From Bigelowiella natans CCMP2755 (taxonomy: Eukaryota; Protista; Cercozoa), in assembly GCA_000320545.1 (NCBI GenBank), contig ADNK01002625.1, positions 1-64,000 on the forward strand: 64,000 bases of DNA, read 5' to 3'. Of this stretch, positions 1 through 11,971 are shown piece after piece (the first letter of the stretch is position 1; the number at the start of each line of letters is the position of its first letter). Position numbers and translations under genes: made by a program. Under the pieces are notes generated by a model. It worked only from the letters and a program-made list of their open reading frames with translations, had not been told where the DNA came from and did no database searches.

Positions 1-659
1 TAATACCACACCTTCCTCTTTCTCGCAATGTGGTACTATCAATCCTGGTGCTACTGCGACTAGAAACACTACAAATACCAGGAACCTTTCTCCTCCTCCT
101 CCTCCTCCTCCTCCCCATTCTACGAAGAATAACCGTAAGCGAAAGTCTAACGATGGTACAGCAGCAGCAGCATCATCAACAACAACAGGTGTAATAAATT
201 TGGTTGATTGGAATGGCAAAAGTGCCTCTTCTCCCTCTCCTTTGCCAGTAGAGATCCGTAAAACAACTAATTATGCAGCAAATAGCAAATGTGATGACGA
301 TGATGACGATAAGCTCGAAAATAAGAAGCAGCACACTGGAGAAGGAGAGGAAGTATGTGGTTGCAATGTTGAGTCAAGCAGCAATAGCACTGTGATCAGC
401 AATAAGAAGAATAATAAACAAGGAAAAAATGGGGAGAATAGCAAAGTGACTAAGAAGAGAAGGACAAGCTACAAAGGAGTTGTTAGCGATATGGAACAAG
501 AAGAAGAAGAAGAAGAAAAAGACAAAGATCGACCAAAGAAGATAATAGCGAAGAATATAACGTTTATTGACTTAACAAAGGATGATAACAACATAAACAT
601 CATCAACAACGATAACAATAACACAAAAGATACTGATCTCGATGCTGGTGCTACTGCAG

Positions 660-693
<34 letters not shown>

Positions 694-1221
694 CGCTGCT
701 ACTAAACAACTCCTATTATTACCAAGGAAGAACTTGAATTTCATAAAGGGTAGAAATAGCAGAGTCAAGATGAAGAAGGAAGAAGAACATAAGGGTGCTG
801 CAAGGAAGAAGGAAAGTAAACCGAAAGAAGTGATAAGAATCATAAATCTCATAGGTGATGATGATGGTGATGATGCTGGTACTATGAGATTCCCTTCAAA
901 GACAACCGAAGATGTTAAAGAATTAGTAGAATTACCCTCTGTGATACCAATGTCACTAAGAAGAAGAAGAGTCAAAGGGGAGATAGAGGAGGAATCCAGG
1001 CAGTTTCTCATTATGGAAGATGTAGCCAAAGGTGAGTCGAAATTGCCTGAATGAAGTAGAAGGAGAAGAAGAAGAAGCAGGGGGTTAGAGATAATTGGTA
1101 GATACATATATTTTTCTCTAATAAATTTTTAATACAGCACATCTTTACATCAAAACTGACAGCTGCTATTTATTTCTGCTCCTACTCATGTTTGTACATG
1201 TGTTAGTGTGTATGAAGAGAG

Positions 1222-1265
<44 letters not shown>

Positions 1266-1510
1266 GCAATTCTCTTTTTAAAACATACACTTCGTCGTAG
1301 AGAACATGCATTGGTACCGCCGACCTACTACCCTCTCAATGCGTTACATAATCACTAAAAACTGATGTTGTTGTTGTTGTTGTTGTTGTAAGTATGAAGT
1401 GGTAGTTTGTATTTATGATAACGATGATAATGATGATATGTGAGATAAGATAATAATATTTATATTTAGGTTCAGAACCTGTGGCTGTACGTGTGTGGAA
1501 TTCGGTTGAA

Positions 1511-1547
<37 letters not shown>

Positions 1548-1645
1548 GTGTATCATATATGCTGCTAACAAATAATACGCAATCAACATATCAGTAGTAC
1601 TTTGTCCTTCATCGATCTATTGTGCCATATGGATTGCAATCACAT

Positions 1646-1681
<36 letters not shown>

Positions 1682-2351
1682 GATGGTCTTTGATGCCGTG
1701 TGTTGTAAAAACTGATACTAAATAAGGCCTTATTCTCTTCTTGTTTACTACCTGTGCTGTTGGCTGCTGCTACTACTACTGCAACTACTACTTAATTCAG
1801 CTCTCCGACGAGAAGATCCCATCAGACTTTGAATACATAACAGAGAATCGTATAAATCCCCCACTTAAAAGACAACGTGGGGATGGATGTAGTTGCGAAG
1901 GTAGTAGTAGTAGTAGCAGTAGTAGTAGTAGTCGTTGTTGTTGTTGTTGTTGTAAATGTAGGAGAACTGATCTATCATCATATGCTGCTGCTGCTGCTGC
2001 GCCTAATGCACGTGTATTGGATAGCGTGCAGTATCCATCCTGTACTATATAGTAATAATAGTTTATACTATACTTAAAAGAAAAAGCTATTAACATATAT
2101 AAAATAAAATATATAGTAGTAGAATAAAACATAATAACCATTTGGTAGGCGATTGTGGTTCAAATCCTGATTGTGAATGTCGTATGAGATACGAGGCAAA
2201 GGTGGTATTTCCAGTAAGGTTTATGGCAAAAGAAGAGGAGGAAGAAGAATGATGATATGAATGACGATGGGTGATGTAGATACCCTTTCCATATTTACCA
2301 ACAGCATCACCACCATCATCGTTATCATCATCATCCTCATGATCTTTGCAT

Positions 2352-2383
<32 letters not shown>

Positions 2384-3395
2384 CTCTTACTACTTTTGAT
2401 GACAACAGACTTTTCCTTGCAAAAGACCACGCGTCCTTGTGAATGGAGTACAAAATATTTTCGAGTGCCATGAGGTTAGTTATTTATAGTTACTCTGTGT
2501 GATCTTACTTCTTGTTACAGGCAGCATGACAACACATGCTGTACTCACGATTCGTTTTGATATTATTCACTTCCTTTTGATTATATATTAAGGATTTATT
2601 TGTTTTGTTTATTGTGTTTAACAGGGGTGTAATTGTAGCGAAAGGTGCATAAACAGAGTGACTCGAGGTAGTATATAGCATGATAATATAAGATTAGGAC
2701 AAATTGAATAGAGCTCCTATGTATGTATTATTGTATGAGTGAGACAAATAGTATGAATGATATGGTGTTGGTCAATATAGAACAACACATGTGAGGATCT
2801 TACTACTACTTTAAATAATATCACAGAACTAAGATATAGAAACCAAAGATTGTAACAAAATTACTTTGTCAGTATTACATCACAAAATCGTTGTAGTTGT
2901 AGTTTGGAAACATATGCACAATACTTCACTACTACTACTACTACTGCAACTGCTCTCTACCACTGGTAAGAATTGAGAAAGTAATGATGACAGGTCTTCA
3001 TTACAAGCTTGAGATATACAGAACTAAGTTTAAGGTAAGCTACTCGATGATTCAAATAGAAACAACATGAGTGCTAAATTATGTATGTATGTTTCCCCAT
3101 AATATGTCAATTATTATGGTGCTGCTACTTATATCTGAATTTATCCTCTTCTACATTATTATTATTATTATTATTATTGTTGTTGTTGTTGTTTTAATAA
3201 CAAGGGATGGGCATTACGTACCCTCGAAGACATAGAACAGGGCTCTTTTGTTTTGGAATACATTGGAGAAGTGAGAAGAGCAAATGATGAAAGTACAACA
3301 TTAATACGCACCATGGATTATTATATACTTGCTAAACAAGTCCTTTTGTCATTGTGCTAACTCTCAAGGCGCTTTGATTTCTAGTCACTCATAAG

Positions 3396-3430
<35 letters not shown>

Positions 3431-3458
3431 TTCCTACTACCAATTGTTGTTTCTTTTG

Positions 3459-3491
<33 letters not shown>

Positions 3492-3667
3492 AACTCTAAT
3501 GTTGTCAGATGAATTTACCTACTTGTTCAAAATTGGGGAACATGTGGAAATTGACCCGAAGCATCGTGGTAGAGTAGAGTAGAGTAGAGTAGAGTAGAGT
3601 AGGGTAGCGTGCTGCTGAAAGTGTTTCTCCTTGCTACTTGAAAGCGGAATATCTTTACGTCTGCTGC

Positions 3668-3706
<39 letters not shown>

Positions 3707-4187
3707 GTGTGTGTGTTTTAGGGAATGTTGCCAGATTCTTGAACCACTCATGTACTCCCAATTTACATGGTAAGTAGTTCAACATTATTTTTAATTTTAT
3801 ATCCTTTCTTGCACGGTGAAGGGTTATTATTTGCAACATATTCTCCTCGGATCCGTAGGTGTTCAATCCATGCCACCGAGCGTAGGAGAAGAAGAAGAAG
3901 TAATGAAATATATTAAAATCTAGAATACTCTTCATCTCAACTCATTTAGTTATGTTTATCATAGAGCTATCACCGTGTGGTCTTTTTCGCAAATCAAAAA
4001 ATTTTGCGTGGTCAAGAACTGACGTTTTCATATGGGTATTGTTGCTTCGTTGGTGTATCTATCTATCGTACTTGTCTAATGTAGAATGTTTTACAAATCC
4101 TTATCTAGGTACGACAAACAACGACATCCTGGGGTCTGTTTGCCTTGCAGATGCTATTCTCCAGGCTGCAAGCAAATTTTGATATGA
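1..4187 (+). CDS. SUV39/G9a-like histone-lysine methyltransferase (pre-SET, SET, post-SET); 5' end lies outside the window
   Basis: Frame is open from base 2 to about 1030. Spliced exons read EDVAK|GSEPVAVRVWNS|LSDEKIPSDFEYITEN..GCSCEG|DCGSNPDCEC..|IFECHE|GCNCSERCINRV (pre-SET), GWALRTLEDIEQGSFVLEYIGE (about 3204-3270), GNVARFLNHSCTPNL (about 3722-3770), GQELTFSYG (about 4005-4035) and post-SET CRCYSPGCKQILI* ending at 4187. Confidence 0.9.
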
Positions 4188-4229
4188 TTTCCAGTACAGT
4201 TTTCATGCAAGATTTGAACCACAGAAATT

Positions 4230-5240
4230 CACAAGCTACACGGCTATTGCTAGATTGCTAGATTGCTGTCAATGCCAACACTCCATCAAATTTTGTTTTC
4301 CATTGCTAGATTGCGACACATTTGCGTGCACATGATAGTCTATTATGCACACATTGTGGTCTAGACTGCACAAACAAAATGATGCTTTTTGCACCCGTCA
4401 CTGTAACCGCACTAGCGCATCTTTTCATTTTGTCCAGCTATAGCCAGTTCGTATATGCGCATGCTAGCGATAGCAGCATGAACAATGACGAGCGATGTGT
4501 GATTGTCATGTGAGCAGCACAGAGCACTATGTGCTACAGCATGCTCTAGTGCTAGCTAGCTAGCTAACTAGCATGCTAGCATGGTGTATGTCGCATGTTG
4601 TCATTATGACAATGCAAACTTTTTCCGCACATGCATGTCCATGGATGTCTAGATGTGCAAAAGACGCACTGGATGTGAGAGCTCATGATCAGTACTTTCT
4701 AGCTCTAGTAGCAGAGCTTTTTGTGTTAAAGTTTTGCTTTGGCTTGAGCAATAGGCAAGCAACGCTAGACTAGCTAGCTAGAGTGAGTGCTAGTGTTGCA
4801 TGCTGTCTAGCCGTGTGTGTCTAGCTGTGCTATGATGGACAAGCAATACTCGCTTATTGCTAATGCAAATGCTCTTAATGTCTAGACGTGCAGCAATGTT
4901 ATTTTGTCATTGCAAGCTGTTGATGTCTAGACATGTACACACGTTCTAGACGTTCTCTAGTTTTGACAAATACTATCACACGTTCTAGCGTTGTAAACAT
5001 GATCTAGATGCATGATGTGCACAAGCTCTAGAAGCTAGCAAGCCAGTTCTGGATAGCACACCTAGCTAGCTCTAGAGCTAGCTAGATGACTCTAGAACTC
5101 TACGGCGACTAGGAAGATAGTACCAAGTCTAGAAGTACGCATAGCTAAATAATGTGGCGACGATGTTACAAGTCCATGTGTCTAGCACATGTGCTATGTC
5201 TTTGAATACACTGCAACGCACTTCATGTGTGCTGAATAAT
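4230..5240. other. TpA-depleted, CTAG-rich intergenic block 1
   Basis: (CTAG)n runs at about 4551-4572, 4766-4781 and 5062-5085. Rich in TG/CA/GCATGC. Lies between convergent 3' ends. Depletion is less complete than in blocks 3 and 4. Confidence 0.75.
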
Positions 5241-5625
5241 TGTACGGACAATCAACCTCATTCTACCATTATGTCGGCCGGCAAGGTTCAGCATGATCTT
5301 GTATTACATCTATGAAATTTACTGTGCACCTTAGCATAAAAATAAGCTGTACTTCTACAAGCATGTACTTACGGATTCTTTGGTTATAAAAATAATAAGT
5401 ATGAAACAATTACAGTACTAATGACTGCTTTCTGACAGAAAAAAGAAATTATACTGAAAATCGAGCCCTGACGGTTGATAATAATTTCAAATTCCACGTT
5501 CCACCACATAATATTGGAACTGTATGTCCAAATAAACCTGATACTACTATTTTAACTGCAATCGTCATTAATTCTTACAGGGTAAACTCTAAAAATCTCA
5601 TTACCAAAGTCATTCTACGACTTCC

Positions 5626-6949
5626 CTACGACCACCTGCAGAGAATAAAAAATAATTGGTAAAATTGTTCGATGAGTAATTTTCCATAATTTCGCTCGTT
5701 GTTAAAAATTACTGTCTGTTGGGCTTTAGGTTGCTCAGATTCAGTTTGGTCTGATTTTAATGCACCAGCCCCTTGTAGAAGAGCAGGAAGGTCACCAGCA
5801 TACGCAATGACATTAGCTCGATTTCTGATGCAATGGCGCAACTCCCAGTCATCTTCTAACTCTTGACATTTCATCCCCACTAAATGAAATAGTCGCATCC
5901 CGGTGCTGATTGATTGATGACGAAGTTCAAAGGCAGTCAGTCGGAGCAATAAAAAAAGACCGTTCCGAAGTTTAATAAAATTTGATACCTGCAGCCGGTG
6001 TTCTCGATAAAAGACTTTTTTACTTCACCCACAGTATTATTGTTATACACCGACAACTTCATAGTTATGATTAATGTCACTATTTAAACTAGATGCGTAA
6101 TAGAATTAGAGTTACCTGTTCTTTCTCCTTTGTCAACGCATTCACAATAGTTACGGTCCATGCGAAAATAGCTTCAGTGTCAACCCAATTTAGAGGGTCT
6201 GTGAAAACATTGATTCGTTTTCTATCTTCAGATTTAGTGATTTCCGTTGAAACGGGCTGAGGAGACAACGCTGGCGATGCTGAGATAGAACCAGATGCTG
6301 TAGTGCATTCCCCCTGATTAAGTTAAGCAAGTGAGGCGACGATTGATCCATCATAGAGAACGATTTGGTAGAATTCTACCGTAGAGTCCATCTCTGCAGC
6401 GGATTCTCTTTTATCAAGATTGAAAGTAGTCACCGACTTAGCAGTAGCAGCAGCAGCGGGTACAAGCAAATTTCTATAAATGATCTTGTCAGAGACGTTG
6501 GGTGAGATATAAATACAATCTTTACGAGTCTCGACGTCGGAGTTGCGCAGATCCCTCTTCATCATCCTCTCCCGCATCAACAGGTAGTGTAGTTCGACTC
6601 CGGCTGGTGTTAAAAAATAGAGGAAAGATGAGAAATAATTTTATCTCTTGAGTTGAGAGAGCGCCCTCTCAACCTCTTTTGTGTATTAGCACTATCTGCG
6701 GATATATTTGATCCACTGAATAAGTATTTTTTTTTTCTTTTGAGAGGCATATCCAGTGGAATCCATCAAACCCAAACAAATAGTGAACCCCAAAGAATGC
6801 ATTGAATTAAGTGTTAATTTCGGTTCATTTTAATAGATATGATGTAGTTAAAATACGTACAGCTCGCTCTTCTTGCCAATATCCTGTCCCATCGGGCTAA
6901 TATTCGTTGGATCAACAGAAGGCCCCCTAACGATGTATAAAGGGTTCAT
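5626..6949 (-). CDS. Hypothetical spliced protein, no recognisable family
   Basis: Several open segments with plausible AG/GT ends, e.g. about 6116-6312 (GECTTASG..EKEQ), ORF 6323-6580 and ORF 5626-5949. The gene model is uncertain. Confidence 0.35.
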
Positions 6950-8315
6950 GTGGAATAGTCGATGGGAATTAGAGAAGTATTATTACGATCTCGCTCTGTA
7001 AGTCCTCTTATAGGTGCTCTGGCATGGCTTTCGCACGTAACAATCATTGGCGCATGAGCGAGTCGGTGGTTCAGAAGATGAATCCCCATCCTGTTCGTCT
7101 AAGGCCCCATCTTTTTCGTTCAGATCGAAATCTACATTCGTTTGCCAGCTGTCTCGTTTGGAATCCCAATCCTCAGGGGCTTAATTATTTCAATTACAAA
7201 AATGGTAAGATACTGTGAACAATTCCTTTGGCAAAAAACACGTTTGTCACACATTGCGTTTGACGGAATGTGCACGAAGATCTTTCACAGCTGTTGACGC
7301 CTCCCATGCTTTCGAATCTTCTGCGGACAGAAACCTCCTATGGGTTCGAGAAATTCAATTCCTTTCTTCTTTTCCCCTTGTATGTCCGTTTTCGATGGAA
7401 AACGTTCTGAAGGAAGAGAGTTAGGGTTAGGGGAGGCTCTCCCGGGCAGAAGAACGTCTCCTCGTGGCGTCTCCCCTCGTGGTTTGAAACCAAGGTTTGA
7501 TGACTTGGATACGTCCCAAAAATATTAGTTCTTGATGGAAAAGACATCAAAACATAACATCCGACACATATGATCTTATGTCGTTTTTGCGATTAATGAA
7601 ATTTTCGAAAGTCTTTCTAAGAATATTTAAGACTTAATCAAGCTCCTTTGGTGGAAGCACCGAATTGATAAGACACAGTCATGCACATAAAACCTTGGAA
7701 AAATTCTAACATCCTTGGATAATGCTCTTTAAACCGAATATGGTTACTTACTTTACTATTTCCCCCCATGTTAACATCAAAAGCTTAGATTTTCCAAGGT
7801 CTGATCCTCATGCTATTCCGCGGAGAACATTTCAAGCATCGGACAGCCAACTTGCTACGAATTGCACGTGTTTCAGCAAAACTTCCTCCAAATCCCGATA
7901 CTATCGGCTGTGACTCTTTTGAGTATGTCCTACACGAAACCACCTGTAGCTGTGAGCACCGCATAGAGACAGGTAGTCTACGTAAAACTTAGTGCCATTT
8001 TGCATAATTTACCTAGATTTAGAACATCATACATGTAGACATGTCACATTATTTCGTACAATTCGAACTTGATGGATGATTGTACTCGTAGATCTATGCC
8101 TCGATATTATTTGATGACGAGCTTTCTCGGAAGACAGGAGTTCATTTTTTTTCTTAGGTAAAAAGGAATCTATAGACATTCTAGCATTTTCCAGCCTTTG
8201 TTAATGTCGCACGTGGAAAATGATCACATTTTTGGTGATTATGTGCGAATCGGTAGAATCTATGCTCGTGGACTCCCAACTCAAACATCTGCTTAAAGGA
8301 GACAGAGCTTCATTT

Positions 8316-9111
8316 ATGGCTCACAGGCTCTCCACCAGAAGAACTCCTCACCATAAAAGACTGGCGAAGGTATTTTGTATAATAAGTAAATCTTTCAAAT
8401 TCGGCTGAGTATTTCACATACCGTGTCTGTTGAATGTGTTGACCTCTTCTTCCTCGCATGTAACTCATATCGTATTTAACTTACATCGACTGATGATTTA
8501 TCAGGTGATGAACCAAATGGTACCATGCTCTAGACCGGTCAAAGTGACGATGAGTGAAGGTAATTACAGGGGATCATCTTTACTATCCTCAGCAATTCAG
8601 CGGAACCTAAACCAGCATCGGGGTCTCGTTCCTTTGCTGCGATCATGTCATCAGCAAGCTCCACCACAGCCCGACGAGAAAAATATACGAGGGGCAAATA
8701 TCATCGCCGAAGAAATTAAATATCTTACTGGTATGATGTAGACGGGTTTGTACACTTCTTACTGACTTGGATAAAAATAATGACACTTGTACTAATTCAC
8801 AGCGCGATTGCACCGGTTACAGAGGATCCGATTAAGGAAAGTTCGGAAGAGGGCAGCTGTCCTAATTCCAATTTGCAATGTACGGGGGATACCATCGATT
8901 GTCTACAACGTCGTAACCACCTACTAATAGTTCATATCCGTGAAGAAGTACATGGTAATAGATAACGAGCACCACAAGATAATTAATGTTACCACTTCTA
9001 CCACAATAGTTGCGATCCCAGCATATGCCCACACACAGCGGAGAGGTCCAAACATTTCTTCTGTATATGCTGTCATGAGTAGTAGTGTCCAGCAATATCG
9101 CCCCCCCTACC

Positions 9112-9152
<41 letters not shown>

Positions 9153-9174
9153 TTCTCTCTCGAATCAACATAAA

Positions 9175-9212
<38 letters not shown>

Positions 9213-10545
9213 CTAATAGATTTTGCAACTATTATCTGAAGTTACGAGTGGACAACAAGTTTTCTCTTTCTTCTGTTGCGAAACCTTATGTACACATTGT
9301 TTAATCTAGGTGAGTTTTCCTGGGGGCTCAGAAGAGCCAGGTACGAAAATCAAGATGAAATTATGACGTATTTACAGCAACTTTAATAATAGCAGGTCTG
9401 AAAGGAATCAAATTCGCCCCGTTTCTACAAATAATTACTTTTTGAGCAAAGTGCTTTTGTAATTGTTTGGTTCATACAGGCGATAAATCAATGATTGATA
9501 CGGCACTTCGAGAAACATATGAAGAGATGGTAGCTTTACATGCTGTACTGGTTGAATTTCAAGATGATAGGATTATGTAACTTTATTTTTAAGATAGTAT
9601 AACGACTGGCTCAACATCCAAACTTACACGCTGAGCCTGTTATCGTTCTGCTCCCCCTTGTGAATATATGATAATTGAAATTGTGCTAGCAAAAGAAATG
9701 TTTACCACGTTTGCTTCTCAGGGAATAGAAAGAAATCGGATTGAAGTTCTTGGACAAATAGGAGAAGTAGTACCAAAAAGATCATGGTAGTATGTGTTCT
9801 GTAGGATTCATAGTATTTGTTTTGTCCCTTCTAGTTTCCATCGAAGCACAATGTTGGAGTAACAGCAGTGGTCAGTGTATCTTGCATTACATACTTCAAT
9901 ATGGAGACGATCTCGCACAGCGTGAAATGAGTTAGTATTTATGTGATCAAAAGGTAGGCATTTTGAGTGGAGACATAGATCTTGAAAAGGTATTTCCAGC
10001 AAGCAGCAGCAGCCATGCAATAGTACCGTTACATAAACACCTCAATACCGCTACTTAATAACTCATCAGGATCCACTAATAAATCCAAATTCGGACGAAA
10101 TAGAGACAAATTTTATTGTTGCCATAAGTGCACTTCAAAATCCAGATAATTGGACTTGGGTGTGTAATCGTCATCATTATTTATTCATATAGAGTGTTTG
10201 TATGATCGAGGGCAATGCGTGCGATGATACTTTTGCATGGCAGGACGATTTTGGTCAACATGGCAAGTTTCCACGGTACATTCGATCTCCGCATCCAATC
10301 TGGGGAATGACAGCGGTGCTCAATAACTATGGCCAGGTTTAGGCTGCCTAAATTAAATTATATTAACATATTGCTTTTTGTAGGTAATAACGAAAAGAAT
10401 TTTGAGTGAGATAAAGGAATCAAGGAAGGAAATGATGGAAGATCGTAGGATAGTGGGTAATGATTTTGGACCAAACAAGCACGATAATAATGGGGATGAT
10501 ATCATTACAGAGCAACCATATGCTGGTACAATTTCTAAATTTTAA
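8316..10545 (+). CDS. Nudix hydrolase, CoA-pyrophosphatase NUDT7/NUDT8-like
   Basis: Exons give KRAAVLIPICN (about 8847-8880), VSFPGGSEEP|GDKSMIDTALRETYEEM|GI (Nudix box), NSDEIETNF and HPIWGMTA; stop at 10543-10545. The start codon is approximate. Confidence 0.88.
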
Positions 10546-10739
10546 AGAATCCATAAATTAAGCGCTCAGCAATATAGAAAGAATAAAATATGGCGCATAA
10601 GCGATGAGGGAAGAATACGTTATATTCGTCTTGCATCGATACAAATTTTGATGCGCCGGCGACCACTGTAAACGGTGCATAGTTCGAGTACATGTCATTT
10701 GCCGATGAACTGTGCTTGAGCTTGCGTAACACCTTTGTT

Positions 10740-11830
10740 TTGGGCACGTTGACCAGATGAGTTAGCTATGTTGAATGCCTTGAGAACATTGACGCTTACG
10801 CAAGTGCTAACTCACTAGCTAGACTAGTTTATTGGTAGAAATCATGTACAGCGTTGTTTGAATGAGCATGTGTGCATCATAGAAGATTGTCCATTAGCGT
10901 TAGGCACACAGCCAAACTTAGGTAAACTGGTGGCAGTACATTTAGACACATCGCACACTAGCTAGCTAGCTTGTCGCGAAAACTTGAACATAACTAGATG
11001 AGTACGCACACTGTTCAAGGCTTCTCTTCCAATTTACACTTTCACACATTCCAATCCTCGCACGTCGTGCGCATCACATGAGTTTCACAGCGCTAGTCAT
11101 TGTTGTGCTGCGATCGCGCCCACGCACGACGTTGCATTTGTTTGCGAAAAATGACAGAGCATGCCATGCGGTGCCTGTTAGCCTGCGCTTGCATGATGTG
11201 CAACATGCATGTGCGTAGCAACGTACAAGAGCAATGAGGTGTCTAGCTATAGCTAGCTAGCTTACGGCTTAATGAAGTGGTTGCTCAGCGCATCGCTAGC
11301 TGCGCTAGATCGCAAACAAGCTAGAGAAAATGAAGCATGTATGCATGTGCCCTCTAGCTCTGCTCGATAGTGACGCTTCTTCGCGGCCAAATGAGCACAG
11401 GCGACCTAGCCACCAGCTACCCTGCTAGCCTGGTGAAAAATTCAACGCCGGGATTTACCCTAAAAACGTGCATTTTGTAGCTGCTGATTGCACGGTGCGA
11501 AGCTAATGGATGCACAGCAAAAATTGCTTTTGACTCTCTGTGAGCTTGCGATGAGCGACAAGCTTGCGTCATGTTGTGATGAGCAAAATCGATCAGGTAA
11601 CTAGTGGCAGACTATTATCAGGTTAACTAGCTAACGGTGTGTGCACTTCTAGCATTTTTGCCTCACCCATCCATCTCGTCGAACAATTTGACCTTCTTTT
11701 TGCGAGCTGTCGAAGTATTTTTTGACCATGTTGTCATCGACATTGTAGCCTCAAATTGAGGTCATAACTTTTGACAAGCTTATCTCTTTATGTGTGACAA
11801 TTAGATGCTAGCAATGATAATGCGATCATG
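10740..11830. other. TpA-depleted, CTAG-rich intergenic block 2
   Basis: CTAGCTAG runs at about 10958-10970 and 11244-11261, with abundant TGCA/CATG. Lies between the convergent Nudix and TPI-fusion 3' ends. Confidence 0.75.
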
Positions 11831-11971
11831 TTGTTTCGGTTTATGTGACCAAAATCCTTAGAAAATTATAGTATTTTTTCTGATTTATAAATAAATGGAT
11901 GAAAACTAATCTTAGAGTAATCTTTGGTATGTGGTGTTGTGGTGATTGAATGATATCGATAAACTGATCTT

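Noticed and set aside
469-1107. 212-aa hydrophobic minus-strand ORF
   Set aside because: Antisense shadow of the K/E/N-rich first exon of the SET gene.
7421-7432. TTAGGGTTAGGG telomere-like motif
   Set aside because: Only two units and no further context.
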